Part shown: positions 36,714-50,400 of the stretch, one piece after another
How positions within the stretch are numbered: the first letter of the stretch is position 1
How the letters are laid out: each line of letters begins with the position of its first letter
Assembly: GCA_002633005.1 (NCBI GenBank)
Contig: NMRA01000003.1
Coordinates: forward strand, 1,210,031-1,274,030
Reading direction: 5' to 3'
DNA: 64,000 bases
DNA from: Phoronis australis
Taxonomy: Eukaryota; Animalia; Phoronida
Notes under the pieces: generated by a model
What the model was told of the DNA's origin: nothing
The model's database searches: none
What the model saw: the letters and a program-made list of their open reading frames with translations, nothing else
Program-made: the position numbers and the translations under genes

Positions 36714-37590
36714 TTTTTTTATAATGTTTATTACGAAATCTTCGATACAATGAATATACATAACCCAGAAAGCCCCAAGAGGCATTATATCTGGGTTACA
36801 AAAGTACAAAGAAATCTATATACAATTATTTTACACAAATACATAAAAAGAAATCTGTATACAATTATTTTACACAAATACATAATTTTAAAAAAAACTG
36901 TTGTTAAGATTACAATGACATATGATTACGAAAGTAAATAAATTATTTTCATACACATGTATACGATTCTATCCACTCACACATAGAAGTTTAATATTAT
37001 AAAGGAATTTTGATACTATTTCGAATAAAACCTTATTTTCATTTGGGTTGAGTTATTGACTTCCATATAGAAAAAAATTAATTTTGTTGTACACTTGAGT
37101 AATTTCAGAATACTTTTTATAAATATTGGGGTATTGTTCGATTGTCTGGAAAAGCTGTAACCTCTGCTCCTTGCATACCTCACAAGCAAAGAAGACATGA
37201 GCATTTGTCTGTGCGTCTCCACAGCAACACAGAGGCGAGATATTATTAAAATTACGTTTAAATTTCTCGTTGTTTAGGAATATACCGCATCTTGATCTGT
37301 ATAGGATTACTTCGTGGTTGCGGGGATGTAGGAACGATGTCAATGGGACTGGCAACTCTTGAGTAGTAGTATGCATTTTGAAGTTATTTTTTAGAGTGAC
37401 GATTGAAGTGCTTTCTTTTATTTTGGATGGTAAGGAATTCCAGTTGTCAATACAAGTTAATATGGTAGATTTCCTGAAGACTTGTTTTCTTTGCTTGTGA
37501 GGTATGCAAGGAGGAGAGTGTACAGCTCTTCCAGGCACTCGAACAATACCCAAATGTTTATAAAAAAATTCTGAAATTCCGCAATTGTAC
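36714..37590 (-). mobile_element. 3' end of a CR1/L2-group non-LTR retrotransposon
   Basis: ORF with WNSLPSKIKESTSIVTLKNNFK and the CCCGDAQTNAHVFFACEVC zinc knuckle; 3'UTR stem-loop, AATAAA and short poly(A). Confidence 0.8.
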
Positions 37591-37906
37591 AACAAAATTA
37601 ATTTCTTTCTATATGGATGTCAAGAACTTAACTCAAACGAAAATAAGGTTTTATTTGAAATAGTATCAGAATTTCTTTATAACATTAAATCTCTTTGTGT
37701 GAGTGGATAGAATTTTATACATCTGTATGAAAATGAATTATTTTCATTCGTTGTCATACATCATTTTTTTTTACTTATGTATTCGTATATAATCATTGTA
37801 TATAGACTTCTTTGTATTTTTTTACCCAGATCTAATGCCTCTTGGCGCTTTCTGGGTTATGTATATTCATTGTATTCTGAAGATTTCGTAATAAACATTA
37901 AAAAAA
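37586..37906 (+). mobile_element. Second, shorter 3' end of the same LINE family in the opposite orientation
   Basis: Reverse-complement homolog of 36714-37095, ending aataaacatt+A7. Confidence 0.8.
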
Positions 37907-39924
37907 GTTCTTCATTGTGTAGTAAACATTACGTAAGTGCGCAGTTCGGGGTCGTTTTCCTAGTAGAAAAGTGAGGTCGAGCGTGAGACGAAGAGTTCAC
38001 GGGTCGGATCGTTATGTTTCACAGGCTATCAGTTCGAACCGGAATACACTGATCAAGAAATACTAGAGATGCGCCGTGAACATGCACAGGCAACGGAACG
38101 TATAGATAGGAAGCCACTGTTCGTCAGAAAAATCACTGTCGACGAAATGCCGCGGCCACAGACACAGAGAGGTTTCACGGCATCATATTTGCTATTAACA
38201 GCATACTTTTCATATTCTTCATTACCGCGAGCCACTTCCTAAGCATTTTGGGCTCTCGAGGAAGTCGAAAAAACGATATACCTGCTTTCTTCACAGCTTC
38301 ATAGTTCGGACAAGCGGGAACAATGCACCACAATATGGCATTCACTCTGCATATGAACCACTGACGTCACTACGTCGTTTCTCACCTTCCTCTCAGGTTA
38401 ACGCGACACCTCTCGGCAAGGTGAGGTCGACAGCATAAGAGGCGATGTGGAAAGAGACCGATTAAGACTGTAAAAAAACTAATTAAATCGGGTGGCATTC
38501 TCTTTTGAGGTGTGGCTTGAATCAAACGGCACGAAGAGACCTATTGTCTTAAATTGTTCCTACCAATCAAAGTTATTTCACCAAGCCAACAAAAACATAC
38601 ATCATATTCACCATCTAGTAAAATTTCTAAGAGGCAATAGTGATTTTGAATTTGGCGCACATGCGCATTCTTATACTGTGTGACGCTGTCTGAGCTAAAC
38701 CGTTAGCTCACGATATTTAAAGTTGCGTAATCAGCAACAATAAAATTCGTAAAGCTGAACAGAATTGCTCGAATTTATTCCACACAACGCTTATTCAACT
38801 GTTGTTCAGAGCTTTTTCATCAGAAATACTTCACTTTTACGTGACTGTCCTTTTCTTTTGTATTTGTTTTCGTAAAAGTCTACGAACGGGGGAACCCCTC
38901 GACCTCCGTGATTGCTGAATCACATGTCCTTCAGGTACAGCCTTACTCACGAACCCACTTTGCTGTGCGCGTAATTTTAGATTTCAGGCAAATTCCAGCA
39001 ACTTAGTGTTAACCTGCTAACAGTTACCTCCGAAAAACTGCATTAAGTCATCGGGTTTTCCAGGCGGATTTGACCATTTAGAATAGCGAACTTTATATAA
39101 TGCCGCGACTGATTGGCCGAAGTGACTCGAAAATTTTCGATACTCAACGTAGGATTTCAGTCGAGAATTAGTCAAAGATTGGCACATTATAAACTCCTCA
39201 AAAACAATTTTAGGTTTACGCTTAAAATAATATCAAACGAAAAACCATGCATATCAAGATATTTCGGGAAGGCGGAAGGCGAATGCTTACACACCAGATG
39301 TCTGCCAAAACTCATTTCTGGAAATGTTCAGCTCATCTCGCACCGCCCCGCGCTCCATTCGATGCTTGTTCTAAAGAGGTTAATCTTTCAACGTGCTTCC
39401 GCCCCTCCCCTCTTTTTCCCCGTACACTGTCAAGAGATAAGCTCTTGGCTTTTAATTGTGATCAGCACCACACCCTCCGTCGCCCTAGTCGGCCGGCAAC
39501 ATATATACAGATACATGTTCAGGATGTTTAAGCAGTGTAATACAAGGACTACGTCTAGACTGTAGGATAAGGTTTGCATCAGTGCGCCGCATTTAGAGCA
39601 AACAACACCAGAGCAGACCTCTACACGAAAGAGTGAGCATATAAAGCTGTTATTGGGCAGTCTCAGCGTAGTATAATTTTGAAGTGGGGACCAAGCTATG
39701 TCCTTTTTTTGTCGGGAGGGCCATCCGTCGTCGCTAAGTAACTCAACGTCGTTTTTAAGGCCAGTCAGCCAGACGAGATCGAAGTCGTTAGTCTCCACTA
39801 GAAATTAGCATGGTAAGAATCGGCTTACCTATAGTGAATGCGTGATACATGACTTGGTTCAAAGTCACGCAAAATGACAGAAAACCTTCTGTTGGCGTAT
39901 GGTGACAGTAGTAACTAAGCAGCA

Positions 39925-41055
39925 ACTATTCGTTCTTGTGAGAACCCGGGCTGGACTTTGTTGATGTTCAGAGAGCAAAATAATTTGAAACGCACAAACG
40001 ACTGTAGAACAAGGAAACTGCTTTGATCCAAAAAGCAATTGTTTGTACTTTCCCCTTGTCGAATTAAGTTTCAGTTGTCATGCTGCCATGAAGTTACAAA
40101 TCATCCAATGATATATGTACTGAGGTATCTTGAAGCGTAAACATCAGAGAGTACACGGGCGTTTTCATTAAACCTCATCAACCCACTGTCAGTTAGGAAG
40201 GTCATCTTACCTCACAGATATCACGGATTTCTCAAAGTTAAACTCTAAATTCTCCGAGCCACTATTTCTGTCGCTATTTTTGTACATGTAGACTGTCCGT
40301 CGTGCAGCTTCTGCGTATGAAATAACGTTGAGCAGTATTGCCCTATACGTCAATGGCTCAGTAATACTGCACGGGTTGGTCCTTAAAAAATATTCTCCCC
40401 TATTGTTAGTAAAGACGTCTGGTGGCTCGCAGCCAAATGTATAGTGTGTATTATTTTACATTCAACGTGTTTAAACACGATCTAAATTCANACTATTCGT
40501 TCTTGTGAGAACCCGGGCTGAACTTTGTTGATGTTTGGAGAGCAAAATAATTTGAAACGCACAAACGACTGTAGAACATGGAAACTGCTTTGATCCAAAA
40601 AGCAATTGTTTGTACTTTCCCTTTGTCGAATTAAGTTTCAGTTGTCATGCTGCCATGAAGTTACAAATCATCCAATGATATGTACTGAGGTATCTTGAAG
40701 CGTAAACATCAGAGAGTACACGGGCGTTTTCATAAAACCTCATCACCCCACTGTCAGTTAGGAAGGTCATCTTACCTCACAGGTATCACGGATTTCTCAA
40801 AGTTAAGCTCTAAATTCTCCGAGCCACTATTTCTGTCGCTATTTTTTTTCATGTAGTCTGTCCGTCGTACAGCTTCTGCGTATGAAATAACGTTGAACAG
40901 TATTGACCTATACGTCAATGGCTCGGTAATTCTGCACGGGTTGGTCCTTAAAAAATATTCTCCCCTATTGTTAGTAAAGACGTCTGGTGGCTCGCAGCCA
41001 AATGTATAGTGTGTATTATTTTACATTCAACGTGTTTAAACACGATCTAAATTCA
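39925..41055. repeat. Near-identical ~565-bp direct duplication centred on a single N (40491); probable haplotype overlap
   Basis: 39925-40490 versus 40492-41055 differ by scattered SNPs and small indels. Confidence 0.85.
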
Positions 41056-44000
41056 GAACATTGTGTTAATGAATTCGCTGTACTTTTGGGCATAAAAATG
41101 TATTCATCAAGTTGTCAGAATGACAAGGGGTAAGACATGGCGTTTAATCTGTTAAAGATAACGTGATTCACTGCAACACTTGGTTAGTGGATACCATATT
41201 CGTGAGCAAGATCAACAGTGTGGCATTCTAGTAGGACAAAAAGCTTAGTTGGTTCTGGTCTTTACGCCGGCTCGTTTTGAGACGTGTGGTTTGTCACTAA
41301 AGATTTAAATATGGTCTTGCGCCCACTTCACAATTGCTGAATAGAGATTAAGCCTAGTAATTATGAGTGCATTCTAAAAATAATTCATAAAATTTTCTCT
41401 GTAATTATCAGTTATGTCCGTATTCTAAAAGACTTTGCTCCAGTGAAACTTAATTTTCAGAGCTGCGTGGAACGTAAGACCAAATTTCTGATTTGAGTCT
41501 TGGTCACTTTTTGGGACTGCGCGCTCACTGACTAATTTAGATTTAAAAAAAAGCGTCCGCCCACATCATTTTCAGCCAAGGTCGCGTTTTTTGGAAAAGG
41601 CTCCACAAAGGTAAGTAAACAAAGGTAAGCGAGGTTTGAAACCCCGTAATTTTCCAAGCGATGATTTAAAAAACCATGCATCTTTTTTCCTCGTCTGAGT
41701 TAGAGAGAACTAGAGAAGAGCGGGAAAAGTTAGAAATGAGATACCGAACTTGCCAAGGCTTTAATTGATTGGTGGAATATTCTGGAAGAGAATTGGAGGA
41801 CGTAAAGTCGAACAATTAACTTGACAAAGTTGTATTGAATAGCTAAGTTCATCAATTAAAGACAACGATCAACTGTTTGCGATCGATTGTCAAAGTTCGA
41901 CAGCAACATTTCCTTTCCGTTCCTTTAGACATTTGTGAAATATAGGTCACGTGGCACTTTGTAATGAATATTTATTAGCCGTCCTCGTAAGACTGGTCTA
42001 GTTTTGTCAAACGTTATTTGTCTACTAAAAAGTAAACGTGGTTGTTAAAAAATACAAACTTTGCAAAACCACGTAAAATTTTGTTTAGTTTCAATTCTTA
42101 ACGATTGAAAATCAATCAAAAAAGGTAAAAACAGGTATTCAGCCACTTTAAGGAATCAGCTATGACGTCAAGGAGACAAGTTGCTAAATTACACAATGGA
42201 ATCACTTCAGACGTTTGCACAGTGTAAATATTTCTTACATTGACCTTATTACAATGTTTTACAGCATTCTTGGGTATTTGAAGAGCACTTGAAGATTTTT
42301 CATTTATTTATTAACCCTTGAAGATATCATCCCAAGGGTAAAAGTAAATGGGCGACTGGCTTTTGACAAACATGACACTCATCCTACCCGCAAACCGAAC
42401 TTTCGCTAAAGAGATGTTCTACTGATTGCGTAAAAATGCTTTGCTTTTTTCTGCCGTAAATTTAGTGAAGACGAGAATTATTGCGTTAAATACGAGTTTC
42501 CTTTGAAAATTAATTAGAGGTGGTATTTTGAAAGTAAAAAACTTATATTGGTTTTAATTTATTAAAATCTCTTAGTACACTTTAAAATAATTGTTGACCG
42601 AATCAACCCAGGCCTTGAAAGTTGTCTTGATAATCTAAAAATAATATTAACAAACGTTACGTTTGAGATATTCGATATAATGCAATTATTACGAAATGAA
42701 TATTAACTGCTTGTTATTTACAAGGATAACGACGAAGTACAGCATTTAATTTTGAAAAAAAATTAATTTAATTTTGAAACAATTTAAAGCGGCTACAAGT
42801 CCACCATCCTCGTGAAAACCAGTTTTTTAATTAGACCACCTACCGGTCTTAATTTTTTCCGTTGTCAAATTGGAATTGATTTTAGGGCATCGCAAGCACT
42901 GACCGCTCATTACAGCTTGAGGACCAGTTTTACAAGTTTACTCGTTATGCGCCGACCAGCTTTTTGCAAACCAGCCCGGAAATCATTTCCCATCTGACTC
43001 TGGAGCATTTAGTTGACACCAATTTCGCAGCAGCAAGTGGTCTAAATTAGAGGTCTTGCATTTTTTTCTTTTAAATACTGCATACCTAAAAGCACGACCT
43101 AAGTAAGGCAAGTAGGGTTCGAAACGCCATTTTTGCCAAGTGATGAGTAAAAAAGTAAATCTCGCATCAACTTACAGCTACAACGGTTTAATAAATGGTT
43201 GCAGCTATTACGTTGCTGTCTACTTACAAGCGCAGATCGACTTGGAGCACAAAAATGAGCAAAGAAACGTGCAGTCCCAGTCACATGATGCAGACAGCTC
43301 TTGTGAGAGAAAAATTTGCTGCGAATGAATTTCCCTCTGGCCACACAGTACGCCCTAAGACACCGCACGCGTACGCTTTATATAACCGAGTAGGCCAACA
43401 TGCATATCAATAAACAATAGAATTTATCCAAAGAATCACCATAGTGGTATTCGCCATGCACAGATTCTTTCTAACTGCAATATATGTTTTTCCTGGAATC
43501 AATTAAAGTCACCCCTTAATGGGTCCTAAATGTCTCGACGGATGTGTGGAAAGTCCTACGACGTAACAGCATTCCAAAGAATACGCAATGTTTCCAAAAT
43601 ATTAACGCAAAAGGCGTTTGTACGAAAAATAAACTGATTTATGAAATAGACGACCTCATTCTTTATGGTTAGTTGTAATATGACAGATGTAAACATGCAA
43701 AGGTAACGGCAAAAATACGGAAATGCGGAATTTGGGGCTATCATTTGCTCTCGCCCATATATCATGATTTCTAGCGCTTTCTGGTCATACCTCTTATTGT
43801 TGTACATTGTATTTTTCATTATATACATTTAGTTAAATCCAAATACGTTTGCGGTTAAAAACTCTAAAAACGGGGGTCCTTAGATTTTTTGCATGGATAC
43901 AAAATACTCCAACATTTGGTGCAACAAAATTGTATGGAAATCTTACAAGAAGATGTTTAAAAGCGTACTTTGATATAGATTATATAGATTATTTTTATAA

Positions 44001-45352
44001 ACATAACCTGTTGGGTGAAAACAATTGCCCCTTCCGAATTGTTACAGAAAACAGCATTGAAAGTTAAACACAAACTGTTTTCTTCGCTTGCTTTAATTTA
44101 TCAAAATCAACAACCGTTTGGTCATTAGTTTCTCAAGGAAACCTCCTAAGGCATGTTTGTAACGATCGTATGAGCAGCGTGTGGAAACCCCAACCTCGTT
44201 CAAACGGGATATCATCAGTGCAGTGCAACAAAAATTTGCAAGAGTTAGTGTTTGGTCTCTTGTCAATAGCCTGACGTGGAATGCAAACTCAAATGATGAA
44301 AACGACACTTTTGGGTGCTGAAAATTGAGGCGAATATTTTACATCTAGGTGCAAATCTTGCATCGTGAAGCAGAAGGTCGAGTTACAATTACCTAAAACT
44401 AACAACAGTTTGCATTGTTACATACGACACTATCAGAGTATTATCAGGAAGAGATAACCTGGTATTACGTAATGGCGGTATCTACCCACTTACGGGAGTT
44501 TTCAGCTTGTTGAATGCTAGTAGTGTAGTTGCATTAAGTGCAGCTTAACGAAGTTGTCACATTTCCAGTAAAGGGTCACATTTCTCACACTTGAAGGAAA
44601 GGGAAAGCTGGGCCCCTAAGGAAAGGAGACTACCGAACATTGACCAAGTGCCCACCCGGCCACACTGCTACAGGGGGCCTGAAATATGCCTTTGGACCTC
44701 GGTTAGATTTAATCCGCCAGCGTTCCGAGGGACTGTTCCTATAGACTGATGACTGATTACTTGGTTACGAACTCTGTTTTCTTTGTTCAATAATCCGAAG
44801 GATCTATAGTCCGAAAGGACTATATTCTGAATGTACGATTAAAAGTAAGAAAGCCGATTCATCGGACAAGAACAAAAACGTCATTTAAAAATCCGATTAT
44901 AGTCTGTTTGCTTGGGAAATTCTGCGAGGATGGTATGCCAACATCTGACGATAGCAATCGTGGGCCGTGCGAGCGCTGTGGACTGTTTTGTCGTGTGAAA
45001 TAATGGTGTCATCTAATGCAACTGTGCCATTTTTGGCGGGAGTGTTCCGACTTTTGAATGCAGGTCTCGCGTCCTGCCACACCATCAAAATGCCCCGCTT
45101 CTTGACACACGCACACACACACGCACACGCACACACGCACACACACCGAAATTAACTGTTGGTGAATGATATATTTCGATCTGTTACTCGACTGACCCCT
45201 ATTTCCCGCTCAATCACAAAAACGCCATGGTCGCGTATTTGAGTTGCATTTGACCCTCGCGTTTTACCGCACATGAATTCAGGTGTCCCGCTTTAGATCA
45301 TACAGATGTCCCTCTTTTTGAATAAAACTGCCCCGTCTTTTCATTTCCGAAT

Positions 45353-47161
45353 GTTGACAACTATGTGAATTGTTTCCCATATTTTTTCAGGTATTTATTA
45401 TCATTTATAAACAAGTACAAAAACAAACAAACAAATAACTACATCCACTCATTCACGCATGCACACCTCAGGAGAGACCCTTCTCATATCTCGTATAAAG
45501 TAAAATAACACGGCGTTAACATGAACACTAAAATTTTCCCATTTCACAGAAAAACAAAATTTTATGTGCAATTGATTTTTTATCATTATTAAATTGCTGA
45601 ATAAACTCAAAAAGTATTTGGTTCGTTATTTTTTCCATCATCAGATTATTTTAGAGAAATTAAAAAGTTTAAACGTCCGGAAATCTGGAGTACGGCCGTT
45701 CTGGAATATAGATACTTCGCAAGAAAGGCATAAATGTTTCGAGTAGTGTCGGCCTTTTGGAAGTTGCAGTTGCGTGACCAAACTGTCTGAATTCACACAG
45801 CACGTTAATGAATGTAGGCCTACTATCGGACGGCATGGAGTTCAGGGTAATTAGTGACCATACATGTCACATAAAAATAAGTGGTTTTGCATGGTTTGAA
45901 AGTGTTGCAGGAAGTATCTAAATGGATACAGATAAAAATGCTATAACAGATTTAAAATACAAAGTCACGTCGTGCATCTTACCTTTCGCCCAAATGTGAT
46001 ATTATGATACGTCACGTCCCGATCAGGTACAGAGTCTATGCACTCTCACAGGTTGACGTTGACACCTTTAGTGTTTGTTCAACGAAGTACCGCTTTTAGT
46101 TTTGTTGGCCGACGTCATATTTGCAAGGTCTTTGTCGAGAGCTTCATAATCGCATTTTACGACCTAATGACATTTATATCAAGGTAACCGTTGGCAACTG
46201 AAAGGAAAATGTCGTTTGTAAAATTTAGGGCGTGAATTACACGATCGTCTCACTTNGTTGACAACAATGTGAATTGTTTCCCATATTTTTTCAGGTATTT
46301 ATTATCATTTATAAACAAGTACAAAAACAAACAAACAAATAACTACATCCACTCATTCACGCATGCACACCTCAGGAGAGACCCTTCTCGTATTTCGTAT
46401 AAAGTAAAATAACACGGCGTTAACATGAACACTAAAATTTTCCCATTTCACAGAAAAACAAAATTTTATATGCAATTAATTTTTTATCATTATTAAATTG
46501 CTGAATAAACTCAAAAAGTATTTGGTTCGTTATTTTTTCCATCATCAGATTATTTTAGAGAAATTAAAAAGTTTAAACGTCCGGAAATCTGGAGTACGGC
46601 CGTTCTTGAATATAGATACTTCGCAAGAAAGGCATAAATGTTTCGAGTAGTGTCGGCCTTTTCGAAGTTGCAGTTGCGTGACCAAACTGTCAGAATTCAC
46701 ACAGCACGTTAATGAATGTAGGCCTACTATCGGACGGCATGGAGTTCAGGGTAATTAGTGATCATACATGTCACATAAAAATAAATGGTTTTGCATGGTT
46801 TGAAAAAGTGTTGCAGGAAGTATCTAAATGGATACAGATAAAAATGCTATAACAGATTTAAAATACAAAGTCACGTCGTGCATCTTACCTTTCGCCCAAA
46901 TGTGATATTATGATACGTCACGTCCCGATCAGGTACAGAGTCTATGCACTCTCACAGGTTGACGTTGACACCTTTAGTGTTTGTTCAACGAAGTACCGCT
47001 TTTAGTTTTGTTGGCCGACGTCATATTTGCAAGGTCTTTGTCGAGAGCTTCATAATCGCATTTTACGACCTAATGACATTTATATCAAGGTAACCGTTGG
47101 CAACTGAAAGGAAAATGTCGTTTGTAAAATTTAGGGCGTGAATTACACGATCGTCTCACTT
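45353..47161. repeat. Near-identical ~900-bp direct duplication centred on a single N (46256); probable haplotype overlap
   Basis: 45353-46255 versus 46257-47161. Confidence 0.85.
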
Positions 47162-47204
47162 GCCTCCTTAACCAATAGACACACATGGCAATCACATCTA
47201 TCAT

Positions 47205-47440
47205 CAGTGGCAGATCTACGATTTCAGTAAGGGGGGGCTTAGGATTCGAGAGAATCCGAGGCGCGTAGCGCCGAGGAGAAGGAAGGTCGCGAGAGGGTTT
47301 CCCTCCTCCCGTGTAAGATTTTTTTTTGATTTTTAGTAGCTAATTTCGTTTTTCTGGCGATTTTTTTCCAGTTTTTATTTTTGATCCTGTCCCGAGGGGG
47401 GGTTTGAACCCCCTGAACCCCCCCTGTAGATCCGCCTCTG
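47205..47440. mobile_element. CAGTGGC-family MITE
   Basis: cagtggcagatctac / gtagatccgcctctg TIRs; 5-bp TSD atcat. Confidence 0.8.
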
Positions 47441-50400
47441 ATCATAATAGTGTTTAAGTTTATTTGTTGTAAACTTTGACAACAATATGGTGGTCTAATT
47501 AGCGGCACCGCGGAATTTATTACCATTATTAAAATGTAACAAATTGGAAATTTTATTGCAAGATTTAATATATTTTCAAAAAGAAACCCAGTGAGACGAA
47601 ATGGCCCCTGGCACAAAAGGTACCGTAAGAACGATTCAATTCTCTTAACGTTGTAATACAAAGATCAAACAAATTTCATTAATTCCGTGACAAAACAGTT
47701 TGCTTCGCTCTGGGTCCGCGCAGATCACGATCTCCTGTAGTCTAATTACGTAATTGGTAAAGGCAGCGTTTCCAGTTTGGCGCAGACCCAAGTCAATGCA
47801 TGGTACGCGTGTCCCCGTAAGTCTTGGTGAGGACATCACGCCATGACTGTCACGATGCACTGTGTCAGGTGATCGCCAGTTTATTACTGCAGGAGATTCA
47901 CAAATCACTTTTACACGAATATCCACTTGAGTGTGTGTTATAGGACAAGTGGTTATAAACTCTCATCCCGGCTGCAGGGCTTGTTTGTACAAAGTCGGCG
48001 TTCACCAGCACTTATGAGCGTAGAGAAGACTTTCTGTTCGTTCAGTGACTCACATTGTACCATACATCAAAAATACTATGTCTGCCCCTATCTAAAAAGG
48101 AAAGGAATACAGATTAAACATTCGCTGCGACAACACTGGTGGAAAGATGAGGTCATCAATCAAAAAGTGTTCCTTGTAGTTGTGGCTGATGTCTATTACG
48201 GGGTAGAAACTCCATTGTTTTGTGGTCTGAACGTTCACTTATCAAGGTTAAAAAAACAAGACTTTAAAAAGTTCAACAAACGTTCACATTAGGCGTCAGG
48301 TACACCATTAGTCACCCCAGTCCGTGAAAACTTCATAAAGAACAATAGGCTTTATAGCACGTGTCGAATACCGTAACCTCGTTGTATTTATAGGGCAATC
48401 TTACAGGCGCGGGGGAAGTTGTGCATTTCAGTCCTCTAGGCCTTTCACTCAAATAAAATCGGTCTCATGAAATTCCTTACCGTCATACGATTACATTCCC
48501 GTTACCTACAACATAGAATTCACGTTTTAAATTCCACATTTTCTGTAAAAATACGAAGCTTTTGATAGATAAAAAGTACCATTAAAACGGATTAGCCCAA
48601 GTTACAAAAGTTTAACATAAATCTGATCATCGCTTGTCTGTCTCAATAAATTAAAGTGACGCGTCAGAATATTTTTCGCAGTGTTTTGAGGAGTGAGGAA
48701 AATACTCCAGCTGTTCGGGATTTTATCGGTCAGGTGCCGACTAGAATAACAACAATTTATTCATCTTGTTCTGTTTATTTTGAAAAAATGATGTCAAGTT
48801 CAAAGACATCGTCAGAGAATGCGAACAAAGGTTTGTGTGTCAAAAATTATGTCGTGCTAGTTATTTACGCCAGGTGGAGCCCAAGCAGTATCTTTAACTT
48901 GTCTGAGTGCAATCAACCTTTTGTTAACTGCAACATTAACAGTTTAAAATCTGAAAGGTGACTATACTTCATTATTTTTACAAAAATAAACATCACAAGC
49001 AATTTTCATTACTTCGTTGTATATTATAAGATCGAAGAATTGGAACACTACAATTAACCAAACTCCAGGAGTTTAAATTAAAACTCCAATAACCTGGTAA
49101 AGGTTGAACAATATTCAATTCCTTGTATTTTCACAGTGCTTACTCAAATTGTTTCAAAAGTGTTACTGTGCAGGGTCAGATTCAAGATTTTTTAAAAGGG
49201 GGTAATATCAATGATATTTTTAAAAAGGAATCCAAGTCAACAACTTGATAATTCTAGATTCGATATCAATAAAATCAAGGGAAAAAGTAGGGTTCGGCCC
49301 CCCCTTGACCACCCTCTGGATCGGCCTATGCTGTAAATGACGTCTAACTTCAACGTGCATAAGGTCGGTAGGAGAACATGGGAACAAAGTGATGGCGGAT
49401 GAGGAGGTCAGAATTATGAGCTTCTCCCTTGAATTGACAATTTTCGAAGACTGATTATGATGTGGGGTGAGAATCTATCGTATATAAAAGTTAGTGAATA
49501 CTGATAAAGGATTTTCCCACTGTTTGCCTCACAGTTCCTGTTTTATTGTACTTTTGTAAACAAAATATTACCACCCTCGTTGTACTCGTTCATTTGAAAC
49601 AGCTTCAAAACATAAATTCGTCACTTGTTTCGTATAAACATCAAAACGGTCCAGATATGTGTAATGTTAGTTTCGTATTTACTTGGCAATGGTGTGATTT
49701 TAAAGCCTATTTTACTACTTTGCTATTTTACTATTTTGCTCGTTTAACGAGACCAACAGCGTATAAGTGTATCTATTAAAATACCTGAGGCAATGTTTTA
49801 TCAGGAAGTCTTCCTGGTTTTATGAACAATGACGCATTGTACACGAACTCTAAATTTTGACGTCTTGTCATTTTTCACCCGATATTCGTTGGCAAATTTA
49901 CCGAAATTGTGCAGCTTTAAACGCGGGATTTTTTTACATTTGAAAAGTACACATATGCATGAAGTGGAAAGTGTTGAAATAAATTGCCAGGTGAAAGTGT
50001 AAAGTTCTACAACACATGGCACGATGGGTGCATGGGCGTATTTTTAAGAGGTTGACTTACTGAGAAATTAGGCTGCGATTGCCAAATAAAATACAAAAAA
50101 ATATTAAATTCACAGAAGTCTTATTTTTGTCTTACTAACCCAGGTTAGCAGTGTGACTTTAATTCAGTATAAAAACTTATTCAGTAAAACAATACTGTTC
50201 ACCCATTGGAACCGTGCGTTAGTAGGAAAACAATGAAAAGGAGGCACCCCATATCAGTATACGCAGAGTCAGTCACAGAATATTGCGAGATATTCTAAAA
50301 AGTCCCGAAGGAACACCCCGATCACCACCAAACATAAAAGCTGACAGTTAGTTCTAATTATAGACATAAAACTGGAGCTAAAAGGATATCACAGGTCACT

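Larger units (their letters stand above)
35448..38504 (+). mobile_element. Kolobok-like MITE interrupted by nested insertions
   Basis: Left agaatgccatcc end shared with the 27183 copy; right TIR gggtggcattctctt at 38490-38504. Confidence 0.6.

Noticed and set aside
39113-39798. Overlapping 94-150-aa ORFs as genes
   Set aside because: No recognisable domain or splice structure; consistent with chance ORFs, like most short ORFs in the track.
39925-47161. Two long near-perfect tandem duplications as real segmental duplications
   Set aside because: Each is centred exactly on a single N and differs only by scattered SNPs and indels, the signature of overlapping contig ends from two haplotypes.
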